Shown here in pieces: positions 52,542-61,211 of a DNA stretch of 64,000 nucleotides (position 1 is its first letter; each line of letters begins with the position of its first letter). Made by a program: the position numbers and the translations under genes. Below the pieces are notes generated by a model that was given only the letters and a program-made list of their open reading frames with translations, searched no databases and had not been told where the DNA came from. The stretch comes from Rhodothermales bacterium (GTDB lineage: Bacteria > Bacteroidota > Rhodothermia > Rhodothermales > VXPQ01), in NCBI GenBank assembly GCA_040904565.1, contig JBBDTI010000075.1, forward strand, positions 170,508 through 234,507. The letters are read 5' to 3'.

Positions 52542-52560
52542 TTAACATTGCAAGTGTTAA
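52542..52560. promoter_or_regulatory. Palindrome TTAACA-N7-TGTTAA upstream of amt
   Basis: Perfect 6-bp inverted arms ending 45 nt before the amt ATG. Confidence 0.45.
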
Positions 52561-52605
52561 TCCGGATTTCGCCTTAATTCTTTAGGCCATAACGAGATCA
52601 CACTT

Positions 52606-54000
52606 ATGATACGCGCAATACTCCTAGCCCTTGTCCTCGCCGTGGCGGCACCCGTCGCGGCTTTTCCCACCGCACCGGCATCCCCTGCACCGCAAGAGCA
52701 GGTCGAAGGCGCCGATGCCATGACGGAGGCGCCTCCTGAGGAAGCGCCGGTCGAAGTCGCTCAGGCACCCGATACGCAGGCGAATCTCGACTTCGTCTGG
52801 ACGATCCTGGCGGCCGTACTGGTCTTCTTCATGCAGGCCGGATTCGCCCTCGTAGAGACGGGCTTCACGCGGTCGAAGAACGCCGTGAACATCATCATGA
52901 AGAATTTCATGGATGTATCCGCGGGCGCACTCGTGTTTTTCACGGTCGGGTTCGGACTGATGTTCGGGACCACGGCCGGCGGTTGGATCGGAACGGACGG
53001 CTTCTTCCTGGCCGGACTCGCTGACGATCCGTGGACGTGGGCCTTCTTCCTGTTCCAGGCCGTGTTCGCCGCCACCGCGGCGACGATCGTGTCCGGTGCC
53101 GTGGCCGAGCGGACGAAGTTCACGGGCTACCTCATCTTCTCCGTCCTGATCACGGCGTTCATCTACCCCGTCTTCGGTTCGTGGGCGTGGGGCGGCCTGT
53201 TCAACGGCGCAGGATGGCTCGAGGCCCTCGGCTTTATCGACTTCGCCGGGTCCACCGTGGTGCACTCCGTGGGCGCATGGGCCGCGCTGGCCGGTGCCCT
53301 CGTCGTCGGGCCGCGCGTGGGCAAGTACGACGAGCACGGCAAGCCGCGGCACATCGCGGGGCACAGCCTTCCGCTCGCCGCACTCGGCGTGTTTATCCTC
53401 TGGTTCGGATGGTTCGGCTTCAACGCCGGTTCCACCACCGCCGGTACGGTTGACATCGCACTGATCGCCTTGAATACGTTCCTCGCCGCGGGCGCAGGAG
53501 CCACCGCGTCAATGATCACCACGTGGATCCGAAACGGCAAACCCGACGCTCCCCTGACGCTGAACGGCGTGCTGGGCGGACTCGTCGGCATCACGGCCGG
53601 GTGCGCGAACCTCTCGCCCGGATTCGCCATCATCACGGGAGCGATCGCCGGTGTCATCGTCGTCTATTCGACCATGCTGCTCGATAAATTCGTCGACGAC
53701 GCCGTAGGCGCCATCACGGTTCACGGCGTGTGCGGAGCGTGGGGAACGCTTGCTGCCGGACTCTTCAATGCCGGCAACATGTTCGACATGAGCATCGTGA
53801 GCGTGCAGCTGATCGGTATCGCTGCCGCCTTCCTGTGGACCTTCCCGGTCAGCTTCGTGCTGTTCAAGCTCATCGATTCGATCGTCGGACTGCGCGTCAA
53901 CGGGCAGCTCGAAGAGATCGGACTCGATCTCCACGAGCACGACAACCAGGCCTATCCGGAGTTTCTGCCGGAGGACGAGCTTTCGCTCTCCGAGGTCTAA
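52606..54000 (+). CDS. amtB: Ammonium transporter
   Basis: FMQAGFALVE, DFAGSTVVH (His), LWFGWFGFNAGS, DDAVGAITVHG (His) and EEIGLD motifs. Confidence 0.95.
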   Translation: MIRAILLALVLAVAAPVAAFPTAPASPAPQEQVEGADAMTEAPPEEAPVEVAQAPDTQANLDFVWTILAAVLVFFMQAGFALVETGFTRSKNAVNIIMKNFMDVSAGALVFFTVGFGLMFGTTAGGWIGTDGFFLAGLADDPWTWAFFLFQAVFAATAATIVSGAVAERTKFTGYLIFSVLITAFIYPVFGSWAWGGLFNGAGWLEALGFIDFAGSTVVHSVGAWAALAGALVVGPRVGKYDEHGKPRHIAGHSLPLAALGVFILWFGWFGFNAGSTTAGTVDIALIALNTFLAAGAGATASMITTWIRNGKPDAPLTLNGVLGGLVGITAGCANLSPGFAIITGAIAGVIVVYSTMLLDKFVDDAVGAITVHGVCGAWGTLAAGLFNAGNMFDMSIVSVQLIGIAAAFLWTFPVSFVLFKLIDSIVGLRVNGQLEEIGLDLHEHDNQAYPEFLPEDELSLSEV

Positions 54001-54024
54001 TCCGCACCCACCCAAACGTACCGC

Positions 54025-54056
54025 GCCCGCTCCGCCGAAAGCCCGGCGGAGCGGGC
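54025..54056 (+). terminator. 13-bp GC-rich hairpin between amt and the porin gene (weak terminator or mRNA stabiliser)
   Basis: GCCCGCTCCGCCG-AAAGCC-CGGCGGAGCGGGC with no immediate U-tract. Confidence 0.55.
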
Positions 54057-54114
54057 CTGCGGTTTCGAGATCGACCCTGCCTGTCATTCCATAAACATAG
54101 ATCACACGCTTACA

Positions 54115-54810
54115 ATGAAAAAACTTCTTACCATCGGTACACTCCTGATTACGGTAGCCATCATGACCGGCGTTTCGACACCGGTTGCCGCTCAGGACGT
54201 CAGCCTCGGTGCCGACGTGGTCAGCCGCTATGTCTGGCGCGGCACGGACTTCGGTGAATCAGCCAGCATCCAGCCATCCCTGTCGTTCAACTCGGGTGGA
54301 TTTGAAGTCGGCACGTGGGCCTCCTACGCCGTCAGTCCGGTCTCGGCCGGACTCAACGAACACGACATCTGGGTCGGCTATACGGCCGGTCCGGTGTCGG
54401 TCGGCGTGACGGACTATTACTTCCCGGCACCCGGCGGGAGCGGCTTCTTCGATTTCGATAATGGAGAAGGCGCGCATACGCTCGAACCGTACGTCGCCTT
54501 CGGCGGCACGGAAACCTTTCCCGTATCGCTGTTTGCCGGTTACCTGGCCTACAACGACCCGGACAACTCACTCTACCTGAATGCGTCCGTACCGTTCGCC
54601 GTGAGCGGTGTGGATATGTCGTTCGGCGTAGGTGCCTCTGCCGGCGAAAGCGGTTGGTACGGAACGGATGGCTTCGCCATCATCGACGTGGCACTGACGG
54701 GCTCCAAAAGTATTCCGATCACGGACTCCTTCGAGCTGCCCGTCTTCGTGCAGTACGTGCTGAACCCCGATGCCGAACGAACCTTCCTGGTCTTCGGCGT
54801 CTCGCTCTAG
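54115..54810 (+). CDS. Putative outer-membrane porin (TorF/TIGR02001-like)
   Basis: Signal peptide; ADVVSRYVWRG.DFG....IQP....GGFEVGTWAS; TDYYFP; beta-strand C-terminus LVFGVSL. Confidence 0.7.
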   Translation: MKKLLTIGTLLITVAIMTGVSTPVAAQDVSLGADVVSRYVWRGTDFGESASIQPSLSFNSGGFEVGTWASYAVSPVSAGLNEHDIWVGYTAGPVSVGVTDYYFPAPGGSGFFDFDNGEGAHTLEPYVAFGGTETFPVSLFAGYLAYNDPDNSLYLNASVPFAVSGVDMSFGVGASAGESGWYGTDGFAIIDVALTGSKSIPITDSFELPVFVQYVLNPDAERTFLVFGVSL

Positions 54811-54964
54811 CACCTGAACGTCAGCCGGACCGGCAGCCACGCGTCGTACGGCCGGTCGCTATTGCACGAGCAGCGGACCGCTCCGCCATCGGGCGACGCA
54901 TGACAGCAACCGGACGGTGGTGGAACACCCTGCTCAACCAGGAGGACGTCCGCGTCTTCTTAGA

Positions 54965-54990
54965 AACAGGCCCCGGCAACGGGGCCTGTT
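54965..54990. terminator. Hairpin terminator between convergent genes
   Basis: AACAGGCCCCG-GCAA-CGGGGCCTGTT: 11-bp stem with a GNRA loop. Confidence 0.7.
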
Positions 54991-55006
54991 CCGCGTTCAT
55001 GGAAGA

Positions 55007-55759
55007 CTACGTGGCCGGTGAGGCAATCTCCGGATACCGATCTCGCAGCCTTGCCAGCACGGCCCTCGTTCGTCTCAGCCCACCCTCGACCTCGTCCACC
55101 TCCTCCGCCAGGCGAACCAGGTCCGCCGGCGTGTCGACGTCATACCACGTCGGTAATACCGTCAGCCCCGCTCCCCCCTCTGCTACACGACGAACCGTTT
55201 CATCGAACACCGCATCGTGACTGTATGACATCTCGTGGAATACCTCCGGCCTCAGGTCGTTCATCCCGAGCAGGTAATAGCCGCCGTCCTCTGCCGGACC
55301 CACGACGACGGTTCGCGGTGTCGCGAGGTGCTCGATCGCTTTCTCAAGAAAGGAGCTGGGCATCGTAGGATGGTCCGTCCCCACGATGACGACCCGTCCA
55401 TAGCCCGCCGAGAAGGTTTCCGCGAAGGCCCTGAGCATACGCTCGCCCAACATCGCGCCGCGTTGCGTAAATGTCTTCATCTGCTGGAAGAGGTCGGCGA
55501 TTCCGGCGTCCAGCGCGCCGTCGGACGGAGCTGCGTCGGACGGAGCTGCGCCGGACGCATCGTCGTCTGCCGCCGATGACGGCGCCGCGAGGTAAAGTCG
55601 AACGTCCGCCGTAAGACCGGTGTACTGCTCCACCGCATCTCCCAGAAACGCAGCATATACGTCCGCCGCCTCACGCTCCGTCAGGAACGGTGTGAGCCGC
55701 GTCTTGACGCCACCCGGTACAGGCGGCTTGGCAAATACGATGAGTGCCGCATCGTTCAC
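55007..55759 (-). CDS. DUF2064/TIGR04282-family glycosyltransferase-like protein
   Basis: IVFAKPP.PG.VKTRL, QRG..LGERM, VGTDHP, GPAEDGGYYLLG and WYDVDTPADL motifs. GTG start at 55759. Confidence 0.85.
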   Translation of the reverse strand: MNDAALIVFAKPPVPGGVKTRLTPFLTEREAADVYAAFLGDAVEQYTGLTADVRLYLAAPSSAADDDASGAAPSDAAPSDGALDAGIADLFQQMKTFTQRGAMLGERMLRAFAETFSAGYGRVVIVGTDHPTMPSSFLEKAIEHLATPRTVVVGPAEDGGYYLLGMNDLRPEVFHEMSYSHDAVFDETVRRVAEGGAGLTVLPTWYDVDTPADLVRLAEEVDEVEGGLRRTRAVLARLRDRYPEIASPAT

Positions 55760-55773
55760 AAACGAACACCACT

Positions 55774-55833
55774 GTCTGCTGAGCGGTCTGCTGAGCGGTC
55801 TGCTGAGACGTCTGCTGAGATGTCTCCCGAGAC
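55774..55833. repeat. 12-bp tandem repeat x5 (GTCTGCTGAG-NN)
   Basis: gtctgctgagcg x2, gtctgctgagac, gtctgctgagat, gtctcccgagac. Confidence 0.9.
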
Positions 55834-55880
55834 GTGCACGGGCCATGCTGCCAGACGTATTCCGCGGCGGCTTCGCGCGC

Positions 55881-57065
55881 TCATCGGGATACAGCCTCCG
55901 ATCGCATCCTGCCGTGCGGCATGCCGTTCAGCATGCGGTGCAGCACGCGGTCGAGCACGTTGACGGCTTCCTCGACGTCGGCCTTCGACGTCGCCCTGCC
56001 GACAGAAAACCGGATCGCGGCCGAGGCCCTGGACGCATCCATGCCCATTGCCGTGAGGACGTGGCTCGGTTCGACCGCCCCGCTGGTGCACGCCGAGCCG
56101 GCCGATACGTGCATACCCTCCATATCCATGTTTAGCAGCAACATCTCTCCATCGACCTCCTTGCCGTCGACCGGCGGCGCGACGACGTGGACGATGTGCG
56201 GCGCGACGGGAGCGGCATCGATCGGCGTGACGACCTCAACGCGATCGCCCACGACGTCGCGGAGACACGCCGCGAGATGATCCCGAACGCTCTCCGCATG
56301 CCGCCGTCGCGCCTCGGCCTCTTCGATCGCCAGTTCGAACGCTCGAGCCAACCCGACGATGGCCGGAACGTTCTCCGTTCCGCCTCGGCGCCCACGCTCC
56401 TGCGCCCCGCCTTCCAACAGCGGGCGGAGCGCTGCACCGCCCCGTACGAAGAGCACGCCGACGCCTTTCGGGCCGTAAAACTTGTGTGCAGAGACCGTCA
56501 GAAAGTCGACGTCGATCCGGTCGACCCGGATCGAGCCGTACCCCGCCGTCTGCACCGCGTCGCAGTGGAAGGCCGTACCGTTCGAACGACACACCTCAGC
56601 GATGTCTTCGATGGGCGAGATTGTACCGACCTCGTTGTTGGCATGCATGATCGAAACGAGCCCGACGTCCGAGTCCAGCTGCCCTTCGACGTCCGCCGCA
56701 GAGACGGATCCTCCCGGTCCCGGCTTCATCACACGAACGAGGCGACCCTGTTCGCGCAGGCGCTCGACTGGACGCAAGACGGATTCATGCTCTGCGGCGC
56801 AGGTCAGAATCCCCCCATCCACGCCCCGAAGCACCGTGTTATTGGCTTCCGTCCCACCGCTGGTAAACAAAATCTCTCCCGGCTCCGCGCCGAGCAGTCC
56901 GGCTACCGTCTCCCGACTCTCTTCCACGGCGAAGCGCGCCTTCCTCCCGGCCCCATGCACCGACGAGGCGTTGCCGAAATGATCCGTCAGGTAAGGCCGC
57001 ATGGCCTCGAACACGCGCTCGTCGAGCGGCGTCGTAGCAGCATGGTCGAGATAGATCCGTCTCAT
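55881..57065 (-). CDS. iscS: Cysteine desulfurase (IscS/NifS group I)
   Basis: IYLDHAATTP, FTSGGTEANN, HCDAVQ, SAHKFYGPKG and SAGSACTSG (catalytic Cys). Start ATG 57065. Confidence 0.9.
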   Translation of the reverse strand: MRRIYLDHAATTPLDERVFEAMRPYLTDHFGNASSVHGAGRKARFAVEESRETVAGLLGAEPGEILFTSGGTEANNTVLRGVDGGILTCAAEHESVLRPVERLREQGRLVRVMKPGPGGSVSAADVEGQLDSDVGLVSIMHANNEVGTISPIEDIAEVCRSNGTAFHCDAVQTAGYGSIRVDRIDVDFLTVSAHKFYGPKGVGVLFVRGGAALRPLLEGGAQERGRRGGTENVPAIVGLARAFELAIEEAEARRRHAESVRDHLAACLRDVVGDRVEVVTPIDAAPVAPHIVHVVAPPVDGKEVDGEMLLLNMDMEGMHVSAGSACTSGAVEPSHVLTAMGMDASRASAAIRFSVGRATSKADVEEAVNVLDRVLHRMLNGMPHGRMRSEAVSR

Positions 57066-57103
57066 CCGTCGTCTTTTGTGGGCCGTTTTTCCTGTCGCCG
57101 ATT

Positions 57104-57151
57104 TTCGCTCGTGCCGGACTTCCCTCGTGCCGATATTCCCTCGTGCCGGAA
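57104..57151. repeat. 16-bp tandem repeat x3 (TTCCCTCGTGCCG-NNN) in the iscS/murA divergent region
   Basis: ttcgctcgtgccggac, ttccctcgtgccgata, ttccctcgtgccggaa; a degenerate fourth unit at 57088-57103. Confidence 0.85.
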
Positions 57152-57411
57152 TGCCCAACCGCCGGGCTCGCCTCAGGCCAACATAGCGCATCGTGCCGAG
57201 CCGCGTGTAACCAACGCACCAGCGCCGGGCCGGATTCCCGCCAGATCGTTCGCGAAGATGCGAACCCGAAAGCAGCGGGCCCGGTATCAACGTCACGCCG
57301 CTGCCAGGGCATGGGCTCCCTCCGATTGCGTCCTCCAAGGATCCCACTCGGGCGGGCACCGTAGGCTATCGACCACAGCACGCCATCCAGTCGCTTCATC
57401 ATTCGGGATAC

Positions 57412-58731
57412 ATGGACAAACTCGTCATACAAGGTCACCAGCCGCTCGTAGGATCGCTGCCGGTCAGCGGCTCTAAGAATACCGCCCTTCCCCTGATGGC
57501 CGCCGCCGTTCTGGCGGACGGTCAAACCCGTCTGTCGAATATCCCGAATCTGCGGGACGTAGCTACCTTCGCCAATGTGATCCGCATTTCCGGCGCCGCC
57601 GTGCGGTTCGACGCAGACGAGCACTCGATGGTCGTCGACGCCGGCAACGTCCATCACCCCGAAGCTCCCTACGATCTCGTGAAGAAGATGCGGGCGTCGT
57701 TCTACATGCTCGGCGCACTGCTTGGGCGCTGCGGACGCGCTCGCGTCTCGCTGCCCGGAGGCTGCGCGTGGGGACCCCGCCCCGTCGATCTGCACATCGA
57801 AGGCATGAAGGCGTTCGGCGCCAGGATCGACCTGGACGAGGGATATGTGGTCGCTGAGGCGGCGGGCGGACGCCTGGAAGGCGGTTCCTTCAAGATGGAG
57901 CCCTCCAGTGTGGGCGCCACCATCAACCTCCTGCTGGCCGCCGTGACCGCCCGCGGCTCCTCACGCATCGAGAACGCGGCGCGCGAACCGGACGTCGTGG
58001 TCTTTGGAAAGATGCTTCAGGCGATGGGTGCCCGCATCAGCGGCCTCGGAACGTCGACGCTCGAAATAGAGGGCGTCGACGCGCTCTCGCCCGTCGACTT
58101 TAACAACGCACCGGATCGCATCGAGCTGGGGACGTTCATGATCGCGGCGGCCCTCTGCGGCGAGCCGGGCCAGGTGGTCCGCATGACCGATGCCGACCCC
58201 GACGACCTCGGCGAGGCATTCATCGAGGCCTTCCGGCAGACAGGCACCGAGTTTACACTGGGAAAGGATTATGTGGATGTCATTGCTTCGGAGGAGATCG
58301 AGCCCGTGTCGATCGAAACGGGTGTCTTTCCGGGATTTCCGACCGACCTGCAGGCGCAGTGGACCGTCCTCATGACACAGGCGAAAGGCAATGCCCGAAT
58401 ACGCGACACGATCTACTTCGACCGGTTCAAGCACATCCCCGAACTCAGGCGCATGGCCGCCAACGCCATCGTCGTCCAGAATGAAGTAGTGGTCGAGGGA
58501 ACGAGCGCCCTGCAAGCGGCTACGGTCATGAGTACGGACCTGCGGGCCAGCGTCTCGCTGGTCCTCGCCGCCATGGTGGCTAAAGGCGAGACGCACGTCC
58601 TCCGCGTCTATCATCTGGACCGGGGGTACGAAAACCTGGACGGCAAGCTGGCCAACGCCGGCATCTCGATCCGCCGAGAGCAGTACGACGAGTTCGCCAG
58701 CTCGACACCCGAGGAGCTGCGTTCCGAATAG
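57412..58731 (+). CDS. murA: UDP-N-acetylglucosamine 1-carboxyvinyltransferase
   Basis: SGSKN, MRASF, LPGGCAWGPRPVDLH (active Cys), FPGFPTDLQ and HLDRGYE motifs. Confidence 0.96.
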   Translation: MDKLVIQGHQPLVGSLPVSGSKNTALPLMAAAVLADGQTRLSNIPNLRDVATFANVIRISGAAVRFDADEHSMVVDAGNVHHPEAPYDLVKKMRASFYMLGALLGRCGRARVSLPGGCAWGPRPVDLHIEGMKAFGARIDLDEGYVVAEAAGGRLEGGSFKMEPSSVGATINLLLAAVTARGSSRIENAAREPDVVVFGKMLQAMGARISGLGTSTLEIEGVDALSPVDFNNAPDRIELGTFMIAAALCGEPGQVVRMTDADPDDLGEAFIEAFRQTGTEFTLGKDYVDVIASEEIEPVSIETGVFPGFPTDLQAQWTVLMTQAKGNARIRDTIYFDRFKHIPELRRMAANAIVVQNEVVVEGTSALQAATVMSTDLRASVSLVLAAMVAKGETHVLRVYHLDRGYENLDGKLANAGISIRREQYDEFASSTPEELRSE

Positions 58732-58766
58732 ACGTCAGATAACCGTCTTGCCACTCCGATCGCCGG

Positions 58767-59687
58767 CTAGAGCGCCAGCACGCGGTTCATCCGCACGGCG
58801 ATCTCCGCGAGACGCTCCCGCCCCCCGCCGCGAATTTCCGCCGTGGCCCATCCGCTGTAACCGACGTCGTCAAGCGCGTCCAGCACGCCCGGCCAATTCA
58901 CGTCGCCCTCGCCGAGCGGAGCTCGGAATCCGGCTCCCATTCCTTCCTCATCCCGCAGCTCGTTGCTGAATTCCTTCACGTCCAGCTTCAGCGTCCGCGC
59001 ACCCAGGATGCGGATCCAGTGCTCGGGCCAGCCGAAGGCCACGACGTTTCCGATGTCGAAATACGCACCGATCCATTCGCTCTCGAACTCATCGATGTAG
59101 CGAGCGAACTCGAGCGGACTCAACAGGAATTCGTTCCACACGTTCTCGATGGCGATGCGGACGCCGAGCGATTCGGCCTCCGGTAGCATCGTTCGTATTT
59201 CTTCCTGGGACCGTTCGTAGGCCACGTCGTACGGCACCTCGGCCGTGACGACGGCCGGAACGAGGAGGACGGTCGACGCACGCCAGGCCGCCGCGTCGTT
59301 CAGCGCCGTGCGCAGCCCCTCCCGGCCCGCTTCCCGCACGCGAGGGTCGGGGTCGGACAGCGGCTGGTTCCAGTGGACCATGTCGACCACCCCGTGTATG
59401 GGAAGCCCGACGTCCCGCGAGGCGTCGAGCACCTCCTGCCGGGAAAGGTCGGTTGGACTGTGCATCTCCACGCCGTCGAAGCCCAGCTCCTTCAGCAGCG
59501 CAAACTTCTCGCGCACCGTGGCGTCGACGTCGATCATGTTGAACTTGACGGCCTTCATGAGGTCGGGGGGCCGTCCATCCGCCGAGTACGCGGTGGTGGA
59601 CGAAGCCGCCATGGGCCCCAGCATCGCCCCGCCGGCCGCCGCCGCGGAGGCGGTCAAAAACGTTCGTCTATCCATCATTGGACTCAT
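58767..59687 (-). CDS. Sugar phosphate isomerase/epimerase (xylose-isomerase-like TIM barrel) with Tat leader
   Basis: MDRRTFL; GFDGVE, IENVWN, YFDIGN, LDVKEF and ATAE motifs; ATGA overlap with the upstream gene. Confidence 0.88.
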   Translation of the reverse strand: MSPMMDRRTFLTASAAAAGGAMLGPMAASSTTAYSADGRPPDLMKAVKFNMIDVDATVREKFALLKELGFDGVEMHSPTDLSRQEVLDASRDVGLPIHGVVDMVHWNQPLSDPDPRVREAGREGLRTALNDAAAWRASTVLLVPAVVTAEVPYDVAYERSQEEIRTMLPEAESLGVRIAIENVWNEFLLSPLEFARYIDEFESEWIGAYFDIGNVVAFGWPEHWIRILGARTLKLDVKEFSNELRDEEGMGAGFRAPLGEGDVNWPGVLDALDDVGYSGWATAEIRGGGRERLAEIAVRMNRVLAL

Positions 59688-61030
59688 CCGTTGCGTTGCG
59701 TTTCGGCGTCGGCGAGGTACGACCTGTTGAGCCGCGTCTTCCCCGGGACCGGCACCGATCCCGCCGGCATCTCGCCGAACGTGAGTGATTTCGGGACGAG
59801 ATCCATCTGTGCGGTCAGCATGTCGTCCCACGATACTTCCTGGCCGGTATACGCGCTCTCACGGCCCAGAACGCCGATCATCGTGCTGTCAGCGATCTGC
59901 CGCGCCTCATTGACGGGTTGGTCGTTGCGGATGGCACGGACCAGGTCCGTATGCTCGACGACGTAGCCGTTGGCGCCCCGTTCCGGGATGCGCAGCAAAA
60001 CCTCTCCGTCGTGGGAGCGGATGATCGAGCTGTCCGTGTTCAGATCCGCCACTCCTTCCGTGCCTACGACCCGGTTCGTGATGCGCCCCGCAGCATCCTC
60101 GAACTGGCGGCACTTGGCTTCTACGCGAACGTCGCCCGGGAAGGCGTACTCGACGGAGAAATGATCGTAGATGTGTCCGTATGAAGGATCGACTCTGGCG
60201 AGACGCCCTCCCATGGCCAGCGCGCTTTCGGGCGGCGAGCCCATAACCCATTGAATGACGTCCAGGTTGTGCACGAACTGCTCGACGATGTGATCGCCGG
60301 AGAGCCATGTAAAGTAGTACCAGTTGCGGCACTGCCATTCCATGTCGGACATCCCCGGCTGCCGTTCACGAAGCCAGATCGGTCCCGTAAGATAGTAGGC
60401 CTGCGCCGCCGTAATCTCACCGATCATGCCGTCGTGAATGGCCTGTATGGCCTCGACGAAGCTCGGCTGCCTACGATAGAGCGTGCCGGCTACGATCGAC
60501 AGACCGCGTTCGTCGGCGAGCCGGCCCGATTCGACGATCGAATGATACCCCGCCACGTCCACCTGCGACGGTTTCTCCATAAAGACGTGCTTGTCCGCCT
60601 CGACCGTGTACCGAAGCTGTGCCGGACGGAACCCGGGCGGTGTCGCCAGAATGACGTAGTCGACGTCGGCATCGGCGACGCCCTTGTAGTTGTCGAAACC
60701 GGTGAACTTCCGCGCGTCGGGCACATTGAGCGCGTCACCCGCATGTTCCCGCAGCCGGCCGTAAGAGTCGTCCAGTCGATCCTCGAATAGATCACCCATC
60801 GCATAGATCTCGACGCCCTCGGCAGACTCGACGGCGTTCACGGCGGCGCCGGTACCCCGGCCTCCGCATCCCACCACGCCAACCCGCATGAGATCCGATC
60901 CGGCGGCGTACGCGAAATTGCTCGATCGCATCAGGACGGATGCGCCGGCGGCTGCCGCAGCAGACGACTTGATAAAATCGCGCCGCGTAAGTCCGGCGTC
61001 GTTCGTTGCAGTCTCTTCCACGTCAGGCAC
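59684..61030 (-). CDS. Gfo/Idh/MocA oxidoreductase with Tat leader
   Basis: TRRDFIK; GCGGRGTGA; ATPPGFRP; HVFMEKP; RNWYYFTWLSGDHIVEQFVHNLDV. Confidence 0.9.
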   Translation of the reverse strand: MPDVEETATNDAGLTRRDFIKSSAAAAAGASVLMRSSNFAYAAGSDLMRVGVVGCGGRGTGAAVNAVESAEGVEIYAMGDLFEDRLDDSYGRLREHAGDALNVPDARKFTGFDNYKGVADADVDYVILATPPGFRPAQLRYTVEADKHVFMEKPSQVDVAGYHSIVESGRLADERGLSIVAGTLYRRQPSFVEAIQAIHDGMIGEITAAQAYYLTGPIWLRERQPGMSDMEWQCRNWYYFTWLSGDHIVEQFVHNLDVIQWVMGSPPESALAMGGRLARVDPSYGHIYDHFSVEYAFPGDVRVEAKCRQFEDAAGRITNRVVGTEGVADLNTDSSIIRSHDGEVLLRIPERGANGYVVEHTDLVRAIRNDQPVNEARQIADSTMIGVLGRESAYTGQEVSWDDMLTAQMDLVPKSLTFGEMPAGSVPVPGKTRLNRSYLADAETQRNG

Positions 61031-61211
61031 CTCTCTCTTGTCGATTCCGTATTCGGTTCAATATAAGCGAGACCCGGCTTCATTGCGTCGCGCCGCAGCA
61101 CGGACGTCCAACGCGGCGCATACCCATGAAGACCGCGGTGCACGGCCGCATGGACGAGGTACGACCCTCCAACGCGGCGCGCACCCTGCCCCGAGATCCG
61201 CCGGTACCGCG

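Noticed and set aside
52537-52552. Sigma-54 promoter for amt (TTGCA at 52548)
   Set aside because: No GG at the -24 position.
55007-55759. Arsenosugar biosynthesis locus
   Set aside because: The partner TIGR04283 glycosyltransferase, ArsS radical SAM and ArsM genes are absent from the window; the family is widespread.
61107-61180. 13-bp direct repeat TCCAACGCGGCGC x2, 61 bp apart
   Set aside because: Only two GC-rich copies, with no mobile-element context or other support.
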